64,000 nt of DNA from a virus: positions 8,066 to 72,065 of the IMG/VR virus record IMGVR_UViG_3300023174_000152. One strand, given 5' to 3'. Positions 27,121-36,600 of the stretch are shown here, one piece after another. Below the pieces are notes generated by a model. It saw nothing but the letters and a program-made list of their open reading frames with translations. It did not search any database and was not told where the DNA came from. Every line of letters begins with the position of its first letter. Position 1 is the first letter of the stretch. A program made the position numbers and the translations under genes.

Positions 27121-28043
27121 CCTTCTTGACTCCGTATAACATCAATCTCTCTGGTCATTACGCCGCGGTTATGCCAGTTTGATCTGTAATGATCTTTGAA
27201 GAATGCACTTTGAAACGGAGGCATAAACGCCATTGGTAATCCTAGCTGTGTGAGCAAAGGTTCATGATACTGATCAATGAGTTCAGCTGGTGCCCTGGGT
27301 GCTGCCACGGCTTCCCAGATATTTTTTAAACAGTCAAAGTTCTGCACTTCTCTGTGGTCCCATTCGCTGAGCATGGTCATGAATGTGCCTTGCCGTGCAC
27401 CGGCTATGGCCCAGAATCCATTTTCTACATCGCATCCCACGTTGTGCCAGATACTGAGATGATCGAAGTTGCGTTTGTGTACACGATCTTTAAATTCTGC
27501 CACTGTGGGTTTCTTGCCACGATCTAGACACATCTTTACACCTTCACGGAACCCTGCTCGCCAGGCCTGGAACGGCGAACCATTGGGATAGGTTGTTGAG
27601 TAACAATCATACATGGGCCAATACAGTGGATCAAAGCAAAACTCTACTTCGGTTTCTGTACGACCGTCGGTATTTTCGTGTGTTTTCATACGCCACACAA
27701 ACTCGCGTGTCCAAGAACTCAATCCGCCATTACCATACATCAGGCCATTGACATGATTTCGAGCTCGCCAACGATACACCGCCTGCTCCCATTCTTCGTT
27801 GGGATATTCTAATGTAAGGTTGAAAAACTTTTCATCAGGTAAGTTGTCACCGTCGATGAGTATAAAGCGTTCTGTGTCACTGGCATCAGCCGCGGCTTTG
27901 TGTGCGGCGTCTGATCCTTTGACTCCATCTACCCGTTTGGCCCAAGGCACCATGTTTTTGATTCGCACCCAGAACTCTTCTTTCTGTGGCTCATCGTAGC
28001 TCAAATAAATGCAATCTAAATCTGCTATGTCAATCTGATTCAT
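27114..28043 (-). CDS. GT-A-like glycosyltransferase
   Basis: N-terminal beta-strand DCIYLSYDE, helix AAHKAAA, then FILIDGDN (DxD) and YGNGG. Confidence 0.6.
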   Translation of the reverse strand: MNQIDIADLDCIYLSYDEPQKEEFWVRIKNMVPWAKRVDGVKGSDAAHKAAADASDTERFILIDGDNLPDEKFFNLTLEYPNEEWEQAVYRWRARNHVNGLMYGNGGLSSWTREFVWRMKTHENTDGRTETEVEFCFDPLYWPMYDCYSTTYPNGSPFQAWRAGFREGVKMCLDRGKKPTVAEFKDRVHKRNFDHLSIWHNVGCDVENGFWAIAGARQGTFMTMLSEWDHREVQNFDCLKNIWEAVAAPRAPAELIDQYHEPLLTQLGLPMAFMPPFQSAFFKDHYRSNWHNRGVMTREIDVIRSQEGW

Positions 28044-28374
28044 ATGTTGTTTTTACTTCCCAATGTTGTTTGTTTTCTGCGTTGTTGTCAACAACGATAG
28101 TGATATCTTTAGGATGGCAAGGTGTTCCTTGGTCCGCAGGAGCCAGCTTCCAACTGGCAGGGTGATTTAACTTTACTATTTTGCCATCTTTGATTCGGAT
28201 ATCAAATCGTTGTTGGTCGAATGTCAATCGATCAATCACTATAAACGTGCCAGGTAAATCTTCCATGCTATAGTGCAACACGTTGCCTGACTCATCGTGA
28301 TACAGTCTAAACTCTTGCTTGACTTCTGGTTGTTCCCAGTTGTGTGCGTTAGCGGCCTGCCAAAAGGCGTCCAT
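28030..28374 (-). CDS. Hypothetical protein (114 aa)
   Basis: ORF overlapping both neighbours within the operon; GAGG SD. Confidence 0.7.
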   Translation of the reverse strand: MDAFWQAANAHNWEQPEVKQEFRLYHDESGNVLHYSMEDLPGTFIVIDRLTFDQQRFDIRIKDGKIVKLNHPASWKLAPADQGTPCHPKDITIVVDNNAENKQHWEVKTTYESD

Positions 28375-29179
28375 AGTGTTCCTCTAAATCTTGGGCAAAT
28401 GATTTGTGATGATAGTGTACAATGCCCTGTTGCTCCACTGTGTTGATGCGAAGACGTCCTTCTATCAACTCCCAAACCATTTCTGCTGTCCACGGTCTGG
28501 CATCGGTTTTTAAAAAGTTTACAGCTGGTTTCATGTGTGTCATAGCGGGCCAGGTATAGGGTAATGTAACTCTTTCGACCCCCATGTACTTGGCTGCCAT
28601 GGCATAGATCATGTCTGTGTTGGCAGATATCGAATCACAATATTTCAATGTTTGTCTTGCTGTAGACCACTGTTCAAAAAAACTTCTCACAAGATAAAAA
28701 AACTCTGCGGCAGTTTGACTCAGTCTCCAATATGTCACAGCATTATACACATCAGGCAAATCGTTGTCATCAAACAGTCTGCGATACACTCTACATTCGC
28801 TGGTCTCATTGAGATAGTTTTTTATCCCACGGCTGATTACAACATCTCTATGTTCGAACCAAGACCACCAATGATCTATGTTTTCAACTATCACAGTATC
28901 GGCTTCCAGTTTGATAGTTTCTCGGAAAGGTGAAGCATGAAATGCTTGCCAATCGTTGCTGAGTTTCCAGGTGCCGTTGGGATCTTGATCTCCGTAAGGA
29001 AAAGATCTAACAATATCAAACACCGGATCATGTTCGTCGGCGTCCGTGACCAAACATATCTTGCAGTCGGGCATCCACCAACGTAGACTTTTGGCCAAAG
29101 CTCTAGCGCAGGCCACGTAATCATCCTGTCCGTTGTTTGACGCTAAGATCAGATAGCCACGTTCAAATTCTACTGCCAC
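28349..29179 (-). CDS. GT-A fold nucleotide-diphospho-sugar transferase-like protein
   Basis: RGYLILA, ICLVTD, ASPFRETIKLEAD (ExD variant of DxD) and HMKP; paralogue of 29163..29984. Confidence 0.6.
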   Translation of the reverse strand: MAVEFERGYLILASNNGQDDYVACARALAKSLRWWMPDCKICLVTDADEHDPVFDIVRSFPYGDQDPNGTWKLSNDWQAFHASPFRETIKLEADTVIVENIDHWWSWFEHRDVVISRGIKNYLNETSECRVYRRLFDDNDLPDVYNAVTYWRLSQTAAEFFYLVRSFFEQWSTARQTLKYCDSISANTDMIYAMAAKYMGVERVTLPYTWPAMTHMKPAVNFLKTDARPWTAEMVWELIEGRLRINTVEQQGIVHYHHKSFAQDLEEHYGRLLAGR

Positions 29180-29984
29180 AGATTTTCCCCAAGTCAGGTT
29201 TGTTCATTACATGAAGATCGCAATCACGCAAGATCATTCTAAAGTGCTTGGCATGATTGTCGACCATGCGCACATAGTTGAGTTGGAACACATCTTCTTC
29301 TAGTTGATTTAAATACACGTCATAAAAACTAGTAAACAAAGGCCAAGGTATGTTTGGCACAGCGTTGGGCAAATGTCCATGAACTGTGTTAAGTGCTATG
29401 CTGATTGCATAGTCATTGCGATAAGGCTCTTGACTGAACTTATAGAGCCGACTGTAGTGATACCAGTTATCTTCGATCATGTTCATCATATCAAACACAG
29501 ATTCGGACAATCTTGTGCGGCGGAAATATAGCACAGTGGCCCACCACATAGGAAACTCAGTTTCTCCAAATCTTGTATCTCTAGCAAAGTTTCTGCGATC
29601 AGTGACATCTAACACATCTCTGTGGCAAAGCAAATCCTGCCCGCAATCAAATAAAACTTTTAATCGATCACAAGAAACAATGTAATCTGTGTCTAGCACT
29701 ATGGTTTCATTGTATGGTGATACATCAAATGCACGACAGCGTCCTCGATTAAACCATGTGGCCGACGAGTCAGCATTCATGTGGTCAAACTTGCGTGTGC
29801 CACCTGATTTACTCTCACGTATGATCACTTGATCAAACATGGATGTATCGTTGGGTGCTTGATCAGTGACCAAGGTAACTGGCAGCCCAAGATGCCTGGT
29901 GATACGAGGTGCAGACCACTGAGCTTGACTCACGTAATCTACCTTGTCATTGTTAAAGGCAAATAAAACAGCGCCACGTGTCAT
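29163..29984 (-). CDS. GT-A fold nucleotide-diphospho-sugar transferase-like protein (GT8/GT71-like)
   Basis: RGAVLFA, VTLVTD, SPYNETIVLDTDY (DxD), YRNDYA and HVMNK. Confidence 0.65.
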   Translation of the reverse strand: MTRGAVLFAFNNDKVDYVSQAQWSAPRITRHLGLPVTLVTDQAPNDTSMFDQVIIRESKSGGTRKFDHMNADSSATWFNRGRCRAFDVSPYNETIVLDTDYIVSCDRLKVLFDCGQDLLCHRDVLDVTDRRNFARDTRFGETEFPMWWATVLYFRRTRLSESVFDMMNMIEDNWYHYSRLYKFSQEPYRNDYAISIALNTVHGHLPNAVPNIPWPLFTSFYDVYLNQLEEDVFQLNYVRMVDNHAKHFRMILRDCDLHVMNKPDLGKICGSRI

Positions 29985-30292
29985 CTATTTTTGCTCAACG
30001 TTTCTAACTCTATCATCCAAGCAGTGAGTTGTTCTTGCCAGCGATCATGCGCTAGATGTTGTAATTCTAATACATTGATTTTTACTGGTGTGTCATACAT
30101 GTCTAACAAGACAGCATCTTCTGTGGGGCAGGATTGCAATAAAGCCAATAGTTCTGGCCCGGCACACCACATGCCGCCGCCGTGGGCAAAGGTCATTTTG
30201 CTTTGGTATTTTTCTTTGAGCAGTTTTTTCTGCGTGGCGTGATCAAATCGGCTTTTGATCTCTTGTGTTAGTTTTTCTGTGTCCATGGTCAT
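29981..30292 (-). CDS. Hypothetical protein (103 aa), first gene of the minus-strand modification operon
   Basis: Lies directly behind a sigma70 promoter; ATGA-coupled to the downstream GT. Confidence 0.75.
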   Translation of the reverse strand: MTMDTEKLTQEIKSRFDHATQKKLLKEKYQSKMTFAHGGGMWCAGPELLALLQSCPTEDAVLLDMYDTPVKINVLELQHLAHDRWQEQLTAWMIELETLSKNR

Positions 30293-30297
30293 ACTCC

Positions 30298-30326
30298 ATT
30301 ATAACAGAGTATGTACCAAAAGTAAA
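30298..30326 (-). promoter_or_regulatory. Sigma70-type promoter for the modification operon
   Basis: On the minus strand: TTTACT (30326-21)-17 bp-TATAAT (30303-30298), with an extended -10 TG. Confidence 0.75.
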
Positions 30327-30345
30327 GGGCCCGGAGGCCCTTTTT
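30324..30345. terminator. Bidirectional intrinsic terminator separating the structural and modification modules
   Basis: AAAGGGCC-CGGA-GGCCCTTTTT with T-rich tails on both strands. Confidence 0.8.
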
Positions 30346-30363
30346 GTTTGCCAATATTACCTA

Positions 30364-31335
30364 TTATGCATTCGAACCTGACATCGTTGGAGTTCCCCAA
30401 CTTGTAGTAGTCAAGTTTGTAGTTTCGCTTGGGATAAGAGTCATTGTAGAAGTCAGTGTACCATCAACTGTGGTTAAGCCACCTGATTTGGCTACAGTTG
30501 TGTACACAGTGATTACAGAACCTGTATCAGCATTTGAGCCTTGGGTACCATTTGATTTGACGTTAATAGTTATACTGTTGCCTTCATAACCATAGTAAGA
30601 ACTGGATGACTGAGTAAACACTTGTACGTTGGCCGTGGTAAGATCATAATAACCTGTAGTTGAAGCTATAGTTGGCGAACCAGAACCACCGGTTTTGTTT
30701 GTTCCTGTAAAGCTACCACCGGCGATTGTTGCTGTACCCGAGCCACCTGTGATAGTGATCGTTCCAACTGCTGTACACAAATCGGTAATGGCAGTGTTCT
30801 GTGAGTTTACGCTACCACCTGTACGGCTGTAACTCAATGTAACGCGGCCACCTGCATTAAAGAAATAACGTGCGGCATCGCCTGATGAAAAAGTAATAGT
30901 TTGAGTAAATATCGTGCTCGAAGTCCAACCAGTTGTTCGACTTACCGCACCACCTGTGGTAATCGATGTCCCTGATGACACACAGTTTAATCTGTTGTTG
31001 TAGATTGACGTGATGTTGGTTGACAACGCGGCATAGGCTGAAATGGTATCTCCAGCCACTGGACTGGAAATAGGAGTGATTGTGGTACTTTGATGCGTGG
31101 CTGCTGAAGAAATACGAGCCAACATTGTTGACCATTGTGTTGCTGTAACTGTCTGGCCTACTGTGACTGCACTCAATACCGGAAGAGTGGTCTGACCATA
31201 TCCTTTGTCACCGTTGCCAATGCCCCACACGGTGTTTACGTTTGCGACGTTGTTGTCACCTGTGCCAGAAGCATTGCCTGTGGCAAAAATGTTATAGTCG
31301 TCGTCTAATATTACTGAACCGGTTGAATAGGTCAT
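30364..31335 (-). CDS. Virion structural / tail-fibre-associated protein (Thr/Ser/Gly-rich)
   Basis: 323 aa, low-complexity T/S/G composition, ARYFFNAGG motif; last gene of the structural operon. Confidence 0.6.
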   Translation of the reverse strand: MTYSTGSVILDDDYNIFATGNASGTGDNNVANVNTVWGIGNGDKGYGQTTLPVLSAVTVGQTVTATQWSTMLARISSAATHQSTTITPISSPVAGDTISAYAALSTNITSIYNNRLNCVSSGTSITTGGAVSRTTGWTSSTIFTQTITFSSGDAARYFFNAGGRVTLSYSRTGGSVNSQNTAITDLCTAVGTITITGGSGTATIAGGSFTGTNKTGGSGSPTIASTTGYYDLTTANVQVFTQSSSSYYGYEGNSITINVKSNGTQGSNADTGSVITVYTTVAKSGGLTTVDGTLTSTMTLIPSETTNLTTTSWGTPTMSGSNA

Positions 31336-31345
31336 TGCTTAATCC

Positions 31346-32779
31346 TTAGTTAATGGTCACAATGGCTTCAACGGTTCCTTCATCTTCGGTATTCTTAGAT
31401 GTAAGGGCACGTCCTATGACATTGAACGCTGTAGCTTCACCTTGGCGAGCCGCCCTGGCCAACCCGTGTCCTGCGCTAATCAAGCGATCACCTTTGCGAA
31501 CTCGGCCAACAACCAATACTGGAACACGACCTGTCATAGCAACAGGTGGGTGTGTGGCATTGTCGCCGGCTGCACCATTCATGGTGTAAGCTGGTCTAGT
31601 ACTGATAACTCCAAATACTTCGTCGGTGGCTTCTTCCATTGCGGCTGTGATTTCTTTCGCTCCGCCTAACATAACAACTGTGCCAGGAGGATATGCGGCA
31701 TCTGCTTCAAAACGTTCTGCCAAGTCAGCGTATTCAGCTGATGTTGCTTTGGCAAATATGGTGTTGAAGTAACCACCTGTGCTACCAATGTTGCCAACAC
31801 CGTTGGCATTGTTATTGATGATACTACCCAGTGACACAGCGGCTGTGCCAAAGTTTACAGAACCACCAGTTGATGAAATGGTTCCGCCAACTGTTAGACC
31901 ATCTAGGATGGTAACGTTGCTGGTGGCACCGTCGATCACGATTGGGGATGTAGTTGATCCACCATCATTGACTTGTATGTAGATGTCGCCGTTTAGTGTT
32001 TGATTACGGAAATATACGTCAGTTCCTTGTACAAAGAATCTGCCGTCTGAATCGCCACCGACATATAAACCAGTGTCATTGAGAACGCTCAAGGTACCGC
32101 TGGTTGATGTATTTGTGTCTGAACGCATGAACTGACTGGATGTCAATCCATCAACTGTGTCAGCATTGGTAGCTGTACCGTTGAATACTGCACCAGCCAC
32201 TGTGGTGCTCATGTTTAGACCAGGACCTATTGTGGGGAATCCTGACAGTGCGGCAGCTGGAGTGAATGTAGCGTCTTTAGAGAATATAGAAACGATAGTG
32301 TTGTTGACAAACATTTTGACAACAACGTGATCGGCACCTGGTGATGAGTCAGTTACCGTGTCAACGATGGCACCGGACGTACCTGTGCCTGCTGTAAATG
32401 CAGGACCAACCAGGATGAATCCTGAACCATTATAAACTTTGAGCTGTGCGTTGACTGTGTCAAACCATAGATCACCGGTGACATTAGATGTTGGAGTAGT
32501 TGCACTGGCTGTGGTTGATGAAATGACCTTGAACTGTGTACCGTTGTACACTTTCATCTGTCCATTGGTCTTATCCCACCAAAGCTGGCCAATCAATGGA
32601 TCGCCAGGCGCTGTGGTATTGCTACTGTTTTCCAGTAAGTGGATGAAGTTTTCATCCAAGAATTCACCGTAACCAGCATAGTTTTTGCCCACCAGGGTCA
32701 TGCTGGAATCAGTGTTAATAGTACCGTCCGCGATTACCGCAAAAATAGTACCATCAGTTAGGTTGATTGTATATGCCAT
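31346..32779 (-). CDS. Tail fibre protein with C-terminal intramolecular chaperone/autocleavage domain
   Basis: LVGKNYAGYGE..ENF.HLLEN N-terminus; GQLWWD...KVYNG and GDLWFD...KVYNG repeats; C-terminal YADLAERF...GVIST.P...PVAMTGRVPV.V.G.V.KGD. Confidence 0.75.
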   Translation of the reverse strand: MAYTINLTDGTIFAVIADGTINTDSSMTLVGKNYAGYGEFLDENFIHLLENSSNTTAPGDPLIGQLWWDKTNGQMKVYNGTQFKVISSTTASATTPTSNVTGDLWFDTVNAQLKVYNGSGFILVGPAFTAGTGTSGAIVDTVTDSSPGADHVVVKMFVNNTIVSIFSKDATFTPAAALSGFPTIGPGLNMSTTVAGAVFNGTATNADTVDGLTSSQFMRSDTNTSTSGTLSVLNDTGLYVGGDSDGRFFVQGTDVYFRNQTLNGDIYIQVNDGGSTTSPIVIDGATSNVTILDGLTVGGTISSTGGSVNFGTAAVSLGSIINNNANGVGNIGSTGGYFNTIFAKATSAEYADLAERFEADAAYPPGTVVMLGGAKEITAAMEEATDEVFGVISTRPAYTMNGAAGDNATHPPVAMTGRVPVLVVGRVRKGDRLISAGHGLARAARQGEATAFNVIGRALTSKNTEDEGTVEAIVTIN

Positions 32780-32801
32780 CTGTTCTACTCCGCTTTAGAG
32801 A

Positions 32802-32832
32802 TATTTATGATATCTTAATATATCCATATTTA
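32802..32832 (-). promoter_or_regulatory. Tandem TAAATA late-promoter-like boxes
   Basis: CATAAATA occurs twice (32832-27 and 32807-02) upstream of the tail fibre gene; similar to the T4 late consensus TATAAATA. Confidence 0.55.
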
Positions 32833-33432
32833 TGTGCTACTTAGATTAGTCAGTGTTTGGATACGCACTGTGTAATCTATCTGGATCTGACGGTTCAAGC
32901 TCTTTTGCACAGGGTGAAAAATCACGTGTGTAATCAAGCGCAGATCCGTCGGGCTCCCGTTCCAAGTTTTTAAACCCAACTCATCAAACACATACTCACC
33001 GTTAAAGTTGGTTGAGTTATCAAATGCTTGCTGTCCTGCAGGCTCACCATAGTCCAGCAAACAACTGACCAGGATATCTGTATACACAGTTCCTGTGGTG
33101 TGTAAAACTGTAAGATTGTTTCTGCTAGGGTCGGTATTGGCCGCAGAATTATCATCTACTACTTTGGCGTAAGTAGGATTGTAAAGGTCTGCATTCTGAC
33201 CCGTGGTGTTGGGCGGAAGATAAGTGATCACTCCAGTGGGATCCACTGAGCTGCCGCCATTGCCAAATGCCATGAGATATATCTGTCCAATGCGCTTGTT
33301 GGCCAAACTGTTGGCCATGCTCACCGAAATGTTCTCATAGTGTATAGCGTTCTTTTTGTCCACAAACACTTCTTGGGTGTTTGGGTCAAATATCTTGACA
33401 AAACCTTCGATTTTTACTGGTACTTGCATCAT
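32830..33432 (-). CDS. Baseplate / tail-fibre attachment structural protein
   Basis: 200 aa within the tail operon; FDELGL...LITHVIFHPVQKS...IDYTVRI resembles tail-collar/fibre N-terminal domains. Confidence 0.55.
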   Translation of the reverse strand: MMQVPVKIEGFVKIFDPNTQEVFVDKKNAIHYENISVSMANSLANKRIGQIYLMAFGNGGSSVDPTGVITYLPPNTTGQNADLYNPTYAKVVDDNSAANTDPSRNNLTVLHTTGTVYTDILVSCLLDYGEPAGQQAFDNSTNFNGEYVFDELGLKTWNGSPTDLRLITHVIFHPVQKSLNRQIQIDYTVRIQTLTNLSST

Positions 33433-33581
33433 GCTCGTGTCTCCACAATCACTTCTTTGGTGTTAGGATCGAAGATTTTCACGTGACCCATCACAGCGAA
33501 ACCAGCCCGTTCATTGGGCTTGGTCTGTGGCTTTTTTTGCACTGGATCAACTTTGGGTTCTTGTACGGATTTATCGTTCAT
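33429..33581 (-). CDS. 50-aa microprotein (not in ORF track)
   Basis: MNDKSVQEPKVDPVQKKPQTKPNERAGFAVMGHVKIFDPNTKEVIVETRA. TAAATA lies 5 nt upstream; ATGA-coupled to the next gene. Confidence 0.7.
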   Translation of the reverse strand: MNDKSVQEPKVDPVQKKPQTKPNERAGFAVMGHVKIFDPNTKEVIVETRA

Positions 33582-33601
33582 AGAACTATTTAGCTCGTGC
33601 A

Positions 33602-36600
33602 TTATGCCCTTCCTTCTATAAACCTAGCGGCCTGGGTGTTTTGTTCCTGCAATGGCCTTCCATTGCTGGCTGTATCAATGCCCTGTTCATACATTACTCG
33701 TGCTTGCTCGATGTAGATTTCCACTTCAGATCCTTTGGCGGGCGCAACATTGAACGTTATGACGATTGGGTTCACAGACGATACTGAGTACGTGGTACTG
33801 TCTACCAGCGTTCCTCCTACTTTGACCTGCACCGGACGAGTCACAGATATGTCTGTGACAAATGTTGTTGTGGCAACATCTAGCTGACTGATAAAGAAAG
33901 TGTTGCTGTTTAAGTCGTTGATTACCACTACTCGTTTCACTGGCACAGGGGTGTCAAATACCACTGTGATTGGGTTGAGATTTGTTATGACGTAATCATC
34001 TTCGGACTGTAACACCAAATCTGTGGCAGAGAAAGTGGCCGCCCATTGGCTGGTTGAGCCAGTTGTTGGCACATTGAACACTGATGGTGATCCCACAGTT
34101 GGAGTATAAGTGATTTGGAATACTAGTCCTGGTGGAGGAATAAAATCAAGTTGCACAGTTATAGGATCCACACTGATGATACTGAAATCGTCTTGCGGGA
34201 TTTCAACCAGTGAGCCCAGTGTGTTACCAATGTAGCATCGTACAGATCCGCCTAGATATACATCGATATCGTTGACATACCCAATGTCTGTAGAGTAAGT
34301 CTGTGTGGTTCCATCTCCAAGGAACACATTTGATTTTGTTTGTTCTTGATATTGTGGTGGCAATAGTTCACCAAACCCAATGTCTATGACCACGCTGCCA
34401 ACTGTGTGAGAATCTATAGCAGTACCGGCTGTGCCACGACGCAGGCCGGATACGGTGTTGTTGACAACGTCTCGATTGCGATAAGTGATTCTTTCACCAT
34501 TGATCGTGAGCTGTCCAAAAATATTGGCAGCTGGATTGGGTTGGCTCAACTCGTTGGCATTCAACACATAGATCACATCGTCGGTCTCGCTCAGTGGCTG
34601 TGTCAATACTGTACTGTTTTCAGGTGTGATGCGATATATCCGTTGATTGCCCAACATGTCCTGGAAGATGCGGAAGGATATAGCTTCAGGAACCACGCTT
34701 TGTGTGAAGGAAGTAATCACTACCACATCAGCTGGGCCTATGATACTGCCGCCAATGGTAACAACGCTGCCGGATGTGGTAAAGTCTTCGCCTGGTACCA
34801 GTCTCCATCCATTGAGTGTTACCCACAATCTGCCAGAATCTACTATGATTCGTCCAGTGTCAAAGTTGTTGCTAGAAACCACTGTGCCTGTGCCATAGTC
34901 AAAAGATCCTGGATCTCCAGTGACATTACCTTCATCAAAGGTAGTGTCGTCGTAGGGTTGGCCAACACTGACTCCGCTCTGTGTAGGACCTTGGAACACT
35001 TGTGTCAATATACCTTGCTCTGAAGTATCGTTCCAGGTAGTCACAGCAAACACAGCACCAGTTGCGGCACCAACTCTCAATATGAGTTGATCATTGTTGA
35101 TTATGTAATCAGCGTCTGTGGTCACTGCTATTTTGATAACTGATCCTGTGGCAGGAGCTGTTGCAAACTCTACATAACGATCACTGCTGCCATCCCAAGG
35201 ACTCACGGTATAATCAACGCTGAGATTGTACAATACTTCGTCCACGTAGACCACAACGTCATTGTCAGATATCAGCCCTTGTGGAGTTCCACCTCGTGTT
35301 GGCAAATAGAAAGGTCCAGCAGAACTACCATCTCCAAGGTATTCAATGCTTTCGGGCGGACGTAAGCGAGAGCCTTCGCGTTCGACGATGGCGTCAATGG
35401 GGTTAGTTCCTTGCAAACTGTTTGTCAAGGTGTAATCTGTGGTGCTGCCATCGTATACTAGATATTGTGTTACAGGGAAACTCCAGCTCTTCTGCGGAGT
35501 TGTTGGACCCAGAGCAGTGACCACTACCCAATCGGTAGCATCGTATGTGTTGTCAAACAGTATTCTTGTTTCGTAGCCATTGATTGGCGCATAGGTGTAG
35601 TTGGTGATGATTTCACCGTTGACCAATATCAGCAGTTCTTCGAGTATGCTGTCTCCATCAATGATAGTGTAGAAAGCAACATCAAAAGATGAACCGCTGT
35701 TGATCGTCCTATTTACTCTGTAAACATTGTTGTTGAACTCAACATAGGTACCTTGTGCATAGATCGTAAATGTTGTCCAGGTCACAGCAGTGATCACTGG
35801 AATGACCAATGAGTTGCCGACTACATCGCCTGGATAACTTTCTTTGAACAGTTGGCTTCCGCCGCCTACGCCATACACATTGACCTCAACTATGTCTCCG
35901 TAGTTTGTAGCGGCTCCGTTGACAATGGTCAAAGTGCGGGCTGGCCAATCAACTGTGTAGTCAACTTCAGGCACCAGTGAAACACGATTTGTGACGTTGA
36001 CTGCACGTACAGCCACGGCATGAGCCATGACTTCTGAAAAATCTATCGAATCGTCTGTGGCTGTATATTCCAGATTGATCTGTTTGATGTTAAACCCGTG
36101 CCCATCCCCTTCCCAGTCTGCACCTGGACGAGTATAAACACGGAAATCCAGTGTGTCAAAAGTAGACCCAGGCACTAGTTCTTCAGGAGCATGGCTCGAG
36201 TATGTGTCAATGAATGCACCACCATCTACGTTGATATCTGTGGGTCTGGTTCCAAGATAGGTGTCAGTAAACGAGCTTTGATAGATCGCATCAAGTATGC
36301 TTTCAGCATAGGTTGGTTTGCCTTCAGGACCGTAGTCAATGTTATCATATGGGTTGACATCAAAGTTGCCCACATCATATCCGGTGTTCTGGTTAAAGTT
36401 GGGCCCCATGACCTGTACACCTGGGTAGTCAATGCCAACCATGACCTGCGCAAGTTCTCTACCTGGTTCGTTGGGAGATGGGGTGTATAAGCCAATCACG
36501 CGGTCTGCCGCGTCCAGTGTGGCTTGATCTACCAATGTATATTGCGCGGGGTTGAAAATAGATCCACTGTCTAGCTCAATGCTGTCATCAACTTGATTGA

